The notes: generated by a model not told the origin, from the sequence alone. Counted from the stretch's first letter, positions 39,221 to 49,225 are shown. The stretch is DNA of 64,000 nucleotides from Acidobacteriota bacterium (GCA_003223315.1 QHYR01000253.1:53288-117287); one strand, 5' to 3'. Made by a program: numbers and translations.

Positions 39221-39895
39221 ATGAATATAGAGCAGAGCAAACAATCCACCAGCGAGCCGCAGCCGAATACAGCCTTGCAAGGCGATTGCGTCGAAGTCAT
39301 GCGGCAGCTGCGCAGTTGCAGCGTTGATTTCGCGCTGACCGATCCGCCGTACCTCGCACACTATTGCTCGCGTGACGGTCGAAAAGTCGCCAACGATGGT
39401 GATGCCACTTGGCTGAAACCCGCGTTCGCTGAAATCTTTCGTGTGTTGCGCCGCGACTCGTTCTGTGTGAGTTTCTACGGATGGCATCAGGCGGACAAAT
39501 TCATCGCTGCGTGGCGCGGCGCAGGCTTCCGGCTTGCTGGGCACTTGACGTTCACAAAGCAGTACCCTTCAACGGAGCGGTTTCTCCGCTATCACCACGA
39601 GAACGCATACTTGCTCGCGAAGGGCAATCCGACGCAACCGACACAACGGATTCCCGATGTGCTCGAATGGAAATATTCCGGCAACAAGTTGCACCCCACG
39701 CAAAAGCCGCTCTGCATTCTCACGCCGCTGATTCAGTCCTTCTCGCGCCCCGGCGATCTCGTGCTCGATCCATTCTGCGGCTCCGGCTCGACGCTGCTAG
39801 CTGCAAAGCTCCAAGGCCGTCGCTTCATAGGCATCGAGCTCGATGGTGCATATTGCGATGTCGCGCGTCACCGGCTCGTGCCAAGAGCCGCCTGA
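39221..39895 (+). CDS. Orphan DNA methyltransferase (DPPY motif; N6-adenine/N4-cytosine, beta class)
   Basis: ...GDCVEVMRQL...FALTDPPYL... (motif IV), then ...HPTQKPLCILTPLI...VLDPFCGSGSTLLAA (motif I). No adjacent restriction endonuclease gene. Confidence 0.85.
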   Translation: MNIEQSKQSTSEPQPNTALQGDCVEVMRQLRSCSVDFALTDPPYLAHYCSRDGRKVANDGDATWLKPAFAEIFRVLRRDSFCVSFYGWHQADKFIAAWRGAGFRLAGHLTFTKQYPSTERFLRYHHENAYLLAKGNPTQPTQRIPDVLEWKYSGNKLHPTQKPLCILTPLIQSFSRPGDLVLDPFCGSGSTLLAAKLQGRRFIGIELDGAYCDVARHRLVPRAA

Positions 39896-40164
39896 CGGGG
39901 TGCGAAAGCCGAATCGAACGCAGTCTTCGTTGTCTCTCACCGTGCGAGTTAAGAAATCTAAAACGACTAGGAGGAGAAAGACAACGAAGGTGTCCCTAGT
40001 ACCAAGGCAGTACTACAGTACTATTGAAGCAATAATATCCGAGGAAACCATCGCCCTTCTCACCGCATCCACATCTGCAACAGGTTTGCGGCGGCCAAAG
40101 GTTGGGGGTCCAATGGACCCGAGGCGAGAAGCAAAACCCAGTCCCCGGTTCTTGCTAAACTCGG

Positions 40165-40689
40165 TTGACCTCTTGGGTAGAGAGATCGATCCCGCCGTAT
40201 TGTCCGTTGCCCAACAAATCGCTCCCTCGTGCAGTCCCGCATGGCGAAAGGCTTCTCCGCGATCCGGCCTTGGCGCTCAGCCTCTTTGAACAGGCCGCTG
40301 CGACCGTTTCAAAAATCCTCAAAGAAAAGGCAGCGTCGGGCAAACCCGGAATACGGGATATGCGCCGCTATCTTTTCCGCACGTATTTGAGGCGAATCAG
40401 TGTCGAAAGGAAAGCCAGTCTTGCGTTGGATGATGCGACCGAGGAGGAGTGGCAGAAGCATGCACGGCAAACCGATGACAGCGATGTCGAGCGCCAAATT
40501 CTAGTGAAGGAACTGCTGGAAACCTGTGATACATTGACGCGAGAAATCCTGTATCGCAGGTTGGAAGGCTTTTCGTGGAGAGAAATCGAGAAATCCTGCG
40601 GCGTTCCGGTGAATGCCGCCAATTTGCGATTCAGCAAGGCTCTTCGGCGTCTCCGAAAGGCAGTTCGGGCAACAGGGCGTTATAGCTGA
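40165..40689 (+). CDS. Sigma-70 family (ECF-like) sigma factor
   Basis: Region 4 HTH reads ...REILYRRLEGFSWREIEKSCGVPVNAANLRFSKALRRLRK. A region-2-like segment reads ...RRYLFRTYLRRI. The start is uncertain. Confidence 0.55.
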   Translation: MTSWVERSIPPYCPLPNKSLPRAVPHGERLLRDPALALSLFEQAAATVSKILKEKAASGKPGIRDMRRYLFRTYLRRISVERKASLALDDATEEEWQKHARQTDDSDVERQILVKELLETCDTLTREILYRRLEGFSWREIEKSCGVPVNAANLRFSKALRRLRKAVRATGRYS

Positions 40690-40705
40690 GGAGGTTCCTG
40701 GGACC

Positions 40706-41032
40706 TTGCCGCTGGCAAGCAAAAGGCGAAAGAAGACTGGGCCAAAATCCCCGACCGAGAAAGCCTTACTCAGGTATCTGAAGCGGAGCCTCTGGAACGA
40801 TTTTCCCAACCCCAAACGAATCGGATGTCCTTCCCTGGAAGCGCTCGAACGCAACGCGAATGACCCGACCCACGCAGACGAATCCGTTAGCAAGCACGTC
40901 GGGAGCTGCTCTCCTTGCTATCGTGCATACAGCCGCCTGCTCCGGCAGGGGCTCGCCCGGATGCGTCAGAAAGCTCCCCGGCCCAACTCCAAGCGGCGCA
41001 CCCAAAAGAAAATTAAGAAAGTTGTGAAATAG
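40706..41032 (+). CDS. Putative zinc-binding anti-sigma factor (ZAS, HxxxCxxC)
   Basis: KHVGSCSPC matches H-x3-C-x2-C. TTG 40706 lies 11 nt after GAGGAGG. The tail is basic with no TM segment. The ORF as listed starts at 40613, overlapping the sigma gene. Confidence 0.5.
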   Translation: MPLASKRRKKTGPKSPTEKALLRYLKRSLWNDFPNPKRIGCPSLEALERNANDPTHADESVSKHVGSCSPCYRAYSRLLRQGLARMRQKAPRPNSKRRTQKKIKKVVK

Positions 41033-41055
41033 CCGGACAGATTTTGCCGGAAAAA

Positions 41056-41082
41056 CCCCTCTATATAAGTGAGGGGAGTTTT
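41056..41082 (+). terminator. Possible rho-independent terminator
   Basis: CCCCTC-tatataagt-GAGGGG followed by AGTTTT, 24 nt after the anti-sigma stop. Confidence 0.45.
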
Positions 41083-41357
41083 CACCGAATTCTCCCGTAA
41101 GCCTGGTGGGGCCGTCCCACTTCGGTAAACCGCCTGGCCGAGTAGCGTGCCGCTCGATGGTCCCGAGCCGGACGCGAAAGCAGAAACCCTCTGGACGGAG
41201 CTAGTGCTCCAAGTGCGCCTTGAATCGGATCAAGGCCAAACCTTACCAGCAGAGCGGCCCTTGTTTCGCGTTCGTGATTCGAACCTGCCAGACGCGGGCG
41301 CGGTGAGAACTCCCTCGGACTTAAGAAAGCCAAATCCAGCGAAGGAGACGAACGGAC

Positions 41358-41672
41358 ATGAAAACACTCTGGCGCAGGGTATCCCAGCTTATATACGCGC
41401 CCCGGACGCTCGCGGCGGTCGCCGTGGGTTTGCTTCTCGCGGCACCCGCATTTGCTCAGCAAGGGAATTCTCCTTGGGAAAACGCGGTCAACGTTCTTGA
41501 GGCGGCTTTCACCAGCACGATTGCACGCGGCCTGTCACTCGTCGCGATTGTCGTGGCCGGGCTGACGTTCGCCTTCGGCGAGGGCGGATCGAAGCGCATT
41601 CTCGCGGGCGTGCTCTTTGGTGTCGGCATGGCCATAGCCGCCGTGAACTTCATGGCCTGGCTCTTCCCGTGA
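41358..41672 (+). CDS. virB2: T4SS pilin VirB2/TrbC family
   Basis: 104 aa with a signal peptide ending ...APAFAQQ and two hydrophobic helices. A GAAGGAG RBS precedes the start. Confidence 0.8.
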   Translation: MKTLWRRVSQLIYAPRTLAAVAVGLLLAAPAFAQQGNSPWENAVNVLEAAFTSTIARGLSLVAIVVAGLTFAFGEGGSKRILAGVLFGVGMAIAAVNFMAWLFP

Positions 41673-41710
41673 GGTAGAGCTGAACAAGCCGCTCTTCTTA
41701 GGGGTCTCCG

Positions 41711-42010
41711 ATGTCGAATGCCAGACGGGTAAACATGGTTCATCGCTCGCTCTCACGGCCCCTCACCATCCTCGGAGCCGAGAGGAAACTGTTTTTCTTT
41801 GCGATGTGCGTGGGCGCGGGAACCTTCAATCTGCTCGACAGCTTGTTAGGCGGGCTGCTGATCTTCTTTCTGCTCTACTTCGTCGCGCGTTGGGCGACGC
41901 AGACCGACCCGCAGATTCTGCGGTTCCTGCTCACGGCGGCGAACCTTCGCACCCAATACGACCCGGCAAAATTCAGCCCGGTCTCGATACGCAGGATCAG
42001 TGATGCTTAA
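41711..42010 (+). CDS. virB3: T4SS VirB3/TrbD family protein
   Basis: 99 aa, with ...LSRPLTILGAERKLFFFAMCVGAGTFNLL.... It overlaps the virB4 start. Confidence 0.75.
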   Translation: MSNARRVNMVHRSLSRPLTILGAERKLFFFAMCVGAGTFNLLDSLLGGLLIFFLLYFVARWATQTDPQILRFLLTAANLRTQYDPAKFSPVSIRRISDA

Positions 42011-44450
42011 ACTTCAACGGATTTTCAAGAATTACCAGGAAACCGGCGCATTCAACGAACAGGTGAACCTGTATGGGTTTGTCGATTCCAATGTTTTTCT
42101 CACGAAATCAGGGGAACTCGGCGTCATCCTCGAAGTGCGCGGCGTTGACTACGAGTGCCTCGATGACGCCTCGATTGACGGCCTCACGAAGAGGCTCGAA
42201 TCCGCACTGAAACTGTTCGACGAAAACTACCGCATCTATCAATACCTCTTCAAACGAAACAACGAAGCTATCCCCTACAAACTCTATGGCAATCCCGTCG
42301 TAGACACCGCCATCAAAAACCGCATCGCGTACCTGGCTGGCAAGGCCGACACCCTCTTCTCGCTTTCGGTTTATTACGTGATCCTCTTCGATGGTTCACG
42401 TCCGAAGCGCAAGATCGGAAGCGCGCTCCAGAACTTTCCCGAGCAGCCAGCGAAGGCGCTCGGCGAGCTCTGGGCGTACTTCTCAACCAGAAAACAGGTT
42501 GTCTTCCTCGACCGGGAGATCTCGAAGGCCCAGGCCACGCTACTTCAGAAGGCCGAGAGTTTCATCCTGCAGGTCAGCGACTTCCTGACGGTCCGGCTCC
42601 TCGATAAGCAGGAAGCCTTCCGAATCCTGAAAAAGACGCTCAACTTCGCCCCGGACAAGCTCGAACTGGCGAAACTCAAATACGACACCTTTCTTGACTA
42701 TTATCTATGCGAGTCGCATCTCGAATGCCACCGGGGACATCTCCGTCTCGACGATTACTACGTCAAGGTCCTCACGCTCAAGGAGCCATCCGCGCAGAGT
42801 TTTCCCCTCATCTTCAAGCGCCTACTGGAAGTCCAGGCGAACTACTACGTCGTCACTGAATGGAAGAAGGAAGACTCGGGCAAAACCCGGCGGATCATTC
42901 AGGCCAAGCGCCGCCACTTCCACAACACCAAGCGTTCGTTCTTCAGCCAAGTCAATCTGAACGACGCCGCACCTCAGGATGTTCTTCTCGATGATTCAAA
43001 GGAGTCGCAAGTCCGGGAACTCGGCGAGGGCATCAAGGAGATCGAACTTCATGGGAATTATTTCGGTCAATTCTCACTCACCGTCGTCATCTACGACCTC
43101 GACCCCACCAAAGTGAACCGGGCGTGTGCGGAGTTTTACAAGGTCTTCAGCGTTCACGATGCGCAGCTTTACGAAGAGAAATATAACCTGCTGAACGCAT
43201 TCCTCGCGGCGGTTCCCGGCAATCACATCTTCAACCTTCGCTACCTCTACCTGCTCAACACGAACTACGCCGACTTTTCGTTCCTCTTTACCCTCCACTG
43301 TGGCGAGCCTCGCAACCGGCACCTCCGGCAAGAATATCTCGCGGTTCTTGAGACGAATCACCACACGCCGTACTTCCTGAACCTTCATTATCGGGATGTC
43401 GCGCACACGATGATTCTGGGACGGACCGGCGCGGGCAAATCATTCCTGCTGAACTTCTTGATCACGAACCTCCAGAAGTACGCGCCGCATACGTTCATCT
43501 TCGACCTCGGCGGTAGCTTTGAAAGCCTCACGCATCTTTTCGGCGGCTCCTACGTTCGTGTCGGACTCGAATCCGAGGATTTCAGACTCAACCCATTCTC
43601 ACTGCCGCCTACGAAAGAGAACCTCGATTTCCTAGCGCTCTTTGTGAAGGTTTTGCTTCAGGGCTCCAGGACGCCAGAGATTGATCCCGCGACAGAGCGC
43701 GACCTCTACCACCAGATCGAGAATCTTTATGCGGTCGATCCCGCATTGCGCACGCTCGGTGTGCTCACGAATACGCTCGGCCATGAAATGTCCGACCGGT
43801 TGGCGAGATGGACTCGCGGCGGGCAATTCGGCTTTCTCTTCGACAATTCGGAAGACACGATCTCGTTCTCACAGTTCCAGTGTTTTGACTTTCAGGGGAT
43901 GAGCCAGTACCCGGAACTCCTTGAACCGCTGCTCTTCTATATCCTCCACCGGGCCAACGCCGTCATCGCCGACCGGCAGATCACCCAAGTCTTCAAAGCC
44001 TTCTTCATCGATGAAGCATGGGTGTTCCTGAAGAACCCGAGCATCCAGCGGTACGTTGTGGAAGCGCTGAAGACCTGGAGGAAGCACAACGCCGCGATGG
44101 TGCTCTCGACGCAGTCGCTCGACGAACTGCGGCGCTCGGACATCCTCGACGTGATTATCGAAAGCTGCGCCACAAAAATCTTCCTAGCGAATCCTGACAT
44201 GGACCGCGAACTTTACCGCAGGCAGTTCCACCTGAACGAAAACGAAGTCGAGCTGATTTCGAACCTGATCCCGAAACAGCAGTTCCTCATCAAGACGCCC
44301 GAGCTGGCCAAAGTTGCCAACCTCACCGTGGACCGGAAGAGCTACTGGCTCTACACGAACGATCCCTATGACAACCGGAAGCGGAGGGAAGCCTTCGAGA
44401 CCTATGGTTTCGAGCGAGGACTCGAAGTACTGGCAGGAGAGCACGCATGA
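42000..44450 (+). CDS. virB4: T4SS ATPase VirB4/TrbE
   Basis: 816 aa with Walker A GRTGAGKSFLLNFL and Walker B-like FFIDEAW. Confidence 0.9.
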   Translation: MMLKLQRIFKNYQETGAFNEQVNLYGFVDSNVFLTKSGELGVILEVRGVDYECLDDASIDGLTKRLESALKLFDENYRIYQYLFKRNNEAIPYKLYGNPVVDTAIKNRIAYLAGKADTLFSLSVYYVILFDGSRPKRKIGSALQNFPEQPAKALGELWAYFSTRKQVVFLDREISKAQATLLQKAESFILQVSDFLTVRLLDKQEAFRILKKTLNFAPDKLELAKLKYDTFLDYYLCESHLECHRGHLRLDDYYVKVLTLKEPSAQSFPLIFKRLLEVQANYYVVTEWKKEDSGKTRRIIQAKRRHFHNTKRSFFSQVNLNDAAPQDVLLDDSKESQVRELGEGIKEIELHGNYFGQFSLTVVIYDLDPTKVNRACAEFYKVFSVHDAQLYEEKYNLLNAFLAAVPGNHIFNLRYLYLLNTNYADFSFLFTLHCGEPRNRHLRQEYLAVLETNHHTPYFLNLHYRDVAHTMILGRTGAGKSFLLNFLITNLQKYAPHTFIFDLGGSFESLTHLFGGSYVRVGLESEDFRLNPFSLPPTKENLDFLALFVKVLLQGSRTPEIDPATERDLYHQIENLYAVDPALRTLGVLTNTLGHEMSDRLARWTRGGQFGFLFDNSEDTISFSQFQCFDFQGMSQYPELLEPLLFYILHRANAVIADRQITQVFKAFFIDEAWVFLKNPSIQRYVVEALKTWRKHNAAMVLSTQSLDELRRSDILDVIIESCATKIFLANPDMDRELYRRQFHLNENEVELISNLIPKQQFLIKTPELAKVANLTVDRKSYWLYTNDPYDNRKRREAFETYGFERGLEVLAGEHA

Positions 44451-44686
44451 GCACGCCGCTTATTCTCGTCGCGACCCTCTGTTTTATCGAACCCGGATTC
44501 ACGTTCCTTCTGCGACGTTTGCAATATCAAGTCTGCTTGAAGCCTTTGCTCGTGTCTTGGCTTCCGTTGCTAGTGGCAGCGGTTGCGACGGCTCTGGTTA
44601 TCGCGGTGAATTCTCTCATTCAAAGCATGTGCCAGGAAGACGGCCTTTCCCCGAATGACAAATCCCAATTCAGGAGTGAACAATGA
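44447..44686 (+). CDS. Small membrane protein in the T4SS operon
   Basis: 79 aa with ATGA overlaps at both ends and two hydrophobic segments. No lipobox. Confidence 0.45.
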   Translation: MSTPLILVATLCFIEPGFTFLLRRLQYQVCLKPLLVSWLPLLVAAVATALVIAVNSLIQSMCQEDGLSPNDKSQFRSEQ

Positions 44687-45534
44687 AAGACAGAATCTCA
44701 GCTCTTACCCAGCACGCCCGTATTCAAATCGCCGCTTTAGCGGTCCTTTGTCTCTTAGGCGTGGGCTCGACACCGGCGCGCGCCGGCGCGGATGCGGCGC
44801 GCGTCGTGAAGTATTCCAACGAAGACATCGTCCCCGTCCGGGCGAAGCTCCGCTTTTCAACCCTCATCGTCCTCCCCGAGAGCGAAGAGATTCTGGACTT
44901 CACGACCGGCGACAAGGAATTCTGGATCATTAATGGCACGCACAACCTCTGCTACGTGCATCCCGCCCAAGCGGGCATTCGCAGCAATCTGAATCTCATC
45001 ACCGCAAGCGGGCACGTGTACTCGTTCCTACTGATTGAGATCAGCAAGGAGCCGAATGCCGAACCGGACCTGAAGCTATTCATCGAGCCGAAGGGCGAAT
45101 CCGGGATTGCCGGGAGCACCGGCTTGCATGGTTATGTCCGCGTGGGCGAGGCTGAAGCCTATAAGAAAGAACTCGAAGCCCTGCGTGCGCAGACCGACCA
45201 ACAGGTCCGCAGTGCCCAGGCGCAGGCCGCCGAACAGATCAACAAGTTTCGCGCCGATTACCAAGCGAAGCTCCAGTTCGACTACACACTCGACTCGAAG
45301 GCCCCGCGCGCGCCGTTCCTGGTTTCGGCGATTTACCACGACGACGCCTTTACTTACGTCAAGTGCGCCGCCCGCGAAAAGCCGACGCTGTATGAAATGA
45401 AAGACGGCAAACCCAATCTCATCAACTTCCAATTCGATAACAGCGTGTATATCGCCCCGAAAATCCTCGACAGCGGATATCTGGTTGTCGGCAAGAAGAA
45501 ACTCACATTCTCACGGCAAGTTTCCTCGAATTGA
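44683..45534 (+). CDS. virB9: T4SS outer-membrane core protein VirB9/TrbG family
   Basis: Signal peptide, then ...VVKYSNEDIVPVRAKLRFSTLIVLPESEEILDFTTGDKEFW...NLNLITASGHVYSFLL. Confidence 0.75.
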   Translation: MKDRISALTQHARIQIAALAVLCLLGVGSTPARAGADAARVVKYSNEDIVPVRAKLRFSTLIVLPESEEILDFTTGDKEFWIINGTHNLCYVHPAQAGIRSNLNLITASGHVYSFLLIEISKEPNAEPDLKLFIEPKGESGIAGSTGLHGYVRVGEAEAYKKELEALRAQTDQQVRSAQAQAAEQINKFRADYQAKLQFDYTLDSKAPRAPFLVSAIYHDDAFTYVKCAAREKPTLYEMKDGKPNLINFQFDNSVYIAPKILDSGYLVVGKKKLTFSRQVSSN

Positions 45535-45544
45535 GAGGCAAGTC

Positions 45545-46840
45545 ATGAACGAACCGATCCAGGAAAAGGCACCCAAGCCACCCGGTCTCGTACCGAAAAA
45601 CGTTCAATCGTGGCTTCTCATCGGTCTGGCCCTCTTGATGGTCACCATCATGTGGCTCACAGGCGGAAAGAAGCCGCAGTCCGCCATCAAAACCGCGAAC
45701 CCAACTTCCCCCGCACAGGCCCCTCTGGAAATCAACGAGACCCAGATCACCGAACTTCAGAAGCGTATCCAGGAATTGCAGCGCCAGCAGCTCGTCGCCC
45801 AAAGCGCTCTCGCGCAGCAGACCCGCTTGCTCGGGGCCATGCCCCAGGACTCCCAGCCTGGCCAGCAATCGAACGCCTCGGGCAATCAACCACCGGAACG
45901 CGCCGAAGACGCCATTCAGTCTGAGCGGAAAAAGCGTGAGTACCTGTCCCTGTTCGCGTCAAATGTCGCCCTGAGCTACCGCAAGTCTACGGGCACTCCA
46001 ACGCCGACGGTGACAGAACCAAGCTCGAACCCCACAGTTGCAAACTCCCCGTCTGAGGGTCCAGATGCCGCACAACTCGCACAGCTTCTGAAGGAGTTGC
46101 AGCCGATTGCCCCTCCGCAAACGGCGGCACCGCCGCCTGCTTTTTCCATCTCCACCCCAACGCAAAACGTTGCTTCGGAAACAAATAACGACAGAAAGGA
46201 GGGAGGCCCACGCCCTGCCGCCGCGCCAAGTGGGACGCATAACGCGGCGGCAGGGAAAACCTATGTTCTATTTGAGGGAACTGTTCTTGAAACGGTTCTT
46301 ATCAACCGGCTCGAAGGGCAGTTTTCCGGTCCCGTCGAATGCCTGCTCTCGACCGATGTCTATTCACATGACCGCCAGCACCTTCTGATCCCCGCCGGGA
46401 CGAAACTCCTCGGCGAGACCCGCAAGGTTGATAACTCCGGCCAGACCCGTCTCGCCGTTGTCTTCCACCGGCTCATCATGCCGGATGGTTACTCGGTGAA
46501 CCTCGATCAGTTCAAGGGCCTCGACCAGATCGGCGACACTGGTCTTCGCGACCAAGTCAACAACCACTACCTACGAATCTTCGGCGTTTCTCTTGCCGTT
46601 GGTGCTCTCGGAGCAGTGGCCCAAGCCGGTAACGGCAGCGCACTCACGGCATCCGGCAGCGACCTCATGCGCCAGGGATTCGCGTCGAGCACGGCACAGT
46701 CCTCGGCGCAAATCCTGGACAAATTCCTGAACATCATGCCCACCGTCACGATCCGCGAGGGCCACCGACTCAAAGTGTATCTCTCGGGCGATCTTGCATT
46801 GCCCGATTACAACAACCACGAGATGCCTTCAAATCTCTGA
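45545..46840 (+). CDS. virB10: T4SS core protein VirB10/TrbI family
   Basis: N-terminal TM segment, a Pro/Gln-rich linker, then ...GTVLETVLINRLEG...LLIPAGTKLLGE...RLAVVFHRLIMPDGYSV...GLRDQVNNHY. Confidence 0.85.
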   Translation: MNEPIQEKAPKPPGLVPKNVQSWLLIGLALLMVTIMWLTGGKKPQSAIKTANPTSPAQAPLEINETQITELQKRIQELQRQQLVAQSALAQQTRLLGAMPQDSQPGQQSNASGNQPPERAEDAIQSERKKREYLSLFASNVALSYRKSTGTPTPTVTEPSSNPTVANSPSEGPDAAQLAQLLKELQPIAPPQTAAPPPAFSISTPTQNVASETNNDRKEGGPRPAAAPSGTHNAAAGKTYVLFEGTVLETVLINRLEGQFSGPVECLLSTDVYSHDRQHLLIPAGTKLLGETRKVDNSGQTRLAVVFHRLIMPDGYSVNLDQFKGLDQIGDTGLRDQVNNHYLRIFGVSLAVGALGAVAQAGNGSALTASGSDLMRQGFASSTAQSSAQILDKFLNIMPTVTIREGHRLKVYLSGDLALPDYNNHEMPSNL

Positions 46841-46867
46841 AGGCGACAAAAAAAAGGAAGGAATCCG

Positions 46868-47689
46868 ATGAAAAGGAAAATTCCAGCAGTTCTCTTGGTT
46901 CTGATTCTCTGCGTTGGTACTGCCTCTGCGCAATTCGGGAGCGGTATCGTGTACGACCCGACCAACTACCACAACGCGCTGTTGCGCTACTACCAGTTGC
47001 AGCAGCACCTCATTCAATTACAGAAGAGCTACGCCAAGATCACGGGCCAGCTCAACCTCGCTATGCAGATGGCGAGGTTCGTCCAAAACATGCCCGCTCG
47101 TTACCGCGCTGTGTTTTCGCAATGGAGAAATGTGACCTCGTTGAACACTTTCGGAAACACCGGCTCTTGGATCAGCGGCATCAACTCGGGCCTCCTTCCC
47201 AACATCAACACCGGCTACCAGAGGTCTACAACCCAACTGCTCCCGTACACCGCGAACCAACTCTCAGGCATGAACGCCTTGGAACTTGCGCGCGTGCAGT
47301 CCCAGTACGCGTCCGTGGAACTCGCGGACGGCGCGAACATGAACGCGATGGCCACCATTGGCTCGATCCGCGGCAACGCCGATAGTGTCCAGACTCAAAT
47401 CGCAAACCTTGAACACGACTCGTTCTCGGATGACCCAGACCTCAACACGGAAGTTTCCGTCCTGAACAAGATCAATGCGGCGGGAGTCTTGACGCTACGC
47501 ACGCTCCAGGATTCAAACAAGCTCCTGGCGTCGCTTCTCGAACAGCAAACCATCCTCGCCAAGCAGCAACGCGAGGCCACGACTAACGCCATCAACGCCG
47601 ACATCGAGCGGCGCGCGAACCTCGCCGGCAACATGGCCCAGGTCACGAGCACGCTGACGAGTTCGCTTCAGAGTTTTCGGATGCCGTAG
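46868..47689 (+). CDS. TrbJ/VirB5-like T4SS protein
   Basis: Signal peptide, then ...GIVYDPTNYHNALLRYYQLQQHLIQLQKSY..., a TrbJ-type coiled-coil N-terminus. Confidence 0.65.
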   Translation: MKRKIPAVLLVLILCVGTASAQFGSGIVYDPTNYHNALLRYYQLQQHLIQLQKSYAKITGQLNLAMQMARFVQNMPARYRAVFSQWRNVTSLNTFGNTGSWISGINSGLLPNINTGYQRSTTQLLPYTANQLSGMNALELARVQSQYASVELADGANMNAMATIGSIRGNADSVQTQIANLEHDSFSDDPDLNTEVSVLNKINAAGVLTLRTLQDSNKLLASLLEQQTILAKQQREATTNAINADIERRANLAGNMAQVTSTLTSSLQSFRMP

Positions 47690-47725
47690 AGCAAGCCACC
47701 CAGCCGCGTCAAGGGAGCCGCAGCC

Positions 47726-48562
47726 ATGCAAACCGACTATCTGCAGTTCATCTTTCAGGCGATCAACAATCTCCTCACTCAGAATCTCGGCTTCTTCGAC
47801 GCGATGGGCCAGAACCTTTTTCGGATGTTCGCGACGATTCTCGTTGTCTGGTACGGCGTGAAGTCCGCGCTCTCCGCCGCCAGCGGCAAACACTTCCTTC
47901 ACTTCGACAACTTCGCGGCCCTTTTGCTGACGATCAGCTTCGGATTCGGGATGGTCAACTACTACAGCACTCCACTTCCCGGCATCGGCGTGAGCTTTCA
48001 CAGCCTCATTACCAACGAGTCCCAATTCCTTGCGAATAAAATCAATCAAACAGAATTGCAAACCGTTGAAGAGACAGTTGCGGACTTTGAAACTCGCATG
48101 GACTCACCCGGTTTCGGCGACATTCTGGGAACAGCCGAATATATCGTCATTACCATCCTGCTCGCGGCAGCCCAGGCCATCGCCATTGTTGTTATCGCCT
48201 ACGGATTTATCGCCACCGCAGTCTGCGTCCTGGTGGGGCCGGTCTTTGTGCCGTTCTTCATCGTTCCGAAATTGGAGTGGCTGTTCTGGGGCTGGTTCAA
48301 GGCTTTCATCCAATACGCCTTCTATCAGGTCATCGCAGCAGCGGTTGTGTACGTCATCGGGAACCTCATTCTGGGCATCCTCGACCTCGAACCGAAAGGC
48401 ACCATTTCGATAGTGCAACTCATCGAGGCTTTTCCCGTCCTTTTCATCACGTTCTTAGCTGCGATCTATGCGCTTTTGAAGATTCCCGCGCTCACCAACC
48501 ACATCTTCAGCGGCACATCGGGAGGCTCTTCGGCGGCAATTCTGGAAAAGGTGTTCGGATGA
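47726..48562 (+). CDS. virB6: T4SS inner-membrane protein VirB6/TrbL family
   Basis: 278 aa with about 6 TM segments. Its position between trbJ-like and virB8 is typical. Confidence 0.7.
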   Translation: MQTDYLQFIFQAINNLLTQNLGFFDAMGQNLFRMFATILVVWYGVKSALSAASGKHFLHFDNFAALLLTISFGFGMVNYYSTPLPGIGVSFHSLITNESQFLANKINQTELQTVEETVADFETRMDSPGFGDILGTAEYIVITILLAAAQAIAIVVIAYGFIATAVCVLVGPVFVPFFIVPKLEWLFWGWFKAFIQYAFYQVIAAAVVYVIGNLILGILDLEPKGTISIVQLIEAFPVLFITFLAAIYALLKIPALTNHIFSGTSGGSSAAILEKVFG

Positions 48563-49191
48563 ACAACGACGCGAGCTTTCAAAGTGCCAAACGCCTCTAT
48601 CTCGAACAGTACGGTGATCCCATGGTGACGAACACCTATCTCAAGATTGCGCTGGTTCTCGTCTCCCTTGTGGCCATCGGCCTGGCTCTCATGGACTTGC
48701 GCACCATTCGGACGTTCCAGAACTTCAGGCCGCTGGTGATCCGCATTGACCAACTGGGGCGGGCCGAGGCGCTCGACTATCACAATTTCGATTACAAGCC
48801 TCAGGATGCCGAGGTGCGGTACTTCCTGACCCAGTTCTGCACGCTCTACTACCGCCGGAATCGCTACACGATTCAGAACGATTTTTCGAAGTCGCTGTAT
48901 TTCCTCGACGGGAGCCTCGCGAACAGCGTCTTCGATGCCTACAAGAAGGGCGACATCATCAAGAACTTCCTCACGAACTCCTCAGCGCCTGAGATCGACA
49001 TTGATGTCAAAAACGTCGCGCTCGAAGGATTGCAGAACCCGCCTTACCGCGCTCGCGTGGACTTCGACATGGTTTATTACTCGCCCGCCGATCACAGCGA
49101 GATCAAACGCGACCTCTATACCGCCAACTTCGTGTTCCTTTTCAGGAGCCAGGTTCCCAACGCACTCATCCCCATCATCCGCTTGGAATGA
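48559..49191 (+). CDS. virB8: T4SS VirB8 family protein
   Basis: ATG 48559 overlaps the preceding stop. One TM segment, then an NTF2-like domain (...LVIRIDQLGRAEALDY...RYFLTQFCTLYYRRNRYT...). Confidence 0.75.
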   Translation: MNNDASFQSAKRLYLEQYGDPMVTNTYLKIALVLVSLVAIGLALMDLRTIRTFQNFRPLVIRIDQLGRAEALDYHNFDYKPQDAEVRYFLTQFCTLYYRRNRYTIQNDFSKSLYFLDGSLANSVFDAYKKGDIIKNFLTNSSAPEIDIDVKNVALEGLQNPPYRARVDFDMVYYSPADHSEIKRDLYTANFVFLFRSQVPNALIPIIRLE

Positions 49192-49225
49192 CGATCACCT
49201 ATTTCCGGGAAGACGAGGCATTCAA

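Noticed and set aside
39843-40289. 148-aa plus-strand ORF bridging the methyltransferase end and the sigma-factor start.
   Set aside because: It overlaps both neighbours and no motif is recognised. It could hide an alternative sigma N-terminus if there is a frameshift near 40215, but I cannot support that.
41255-41310. GATTCGAACC, a tRNA T-loop-like string, upstream of virB2.
   Set aside because: No complementary T stem, acceptor stem or anticodon arm can be drawn on either strand.
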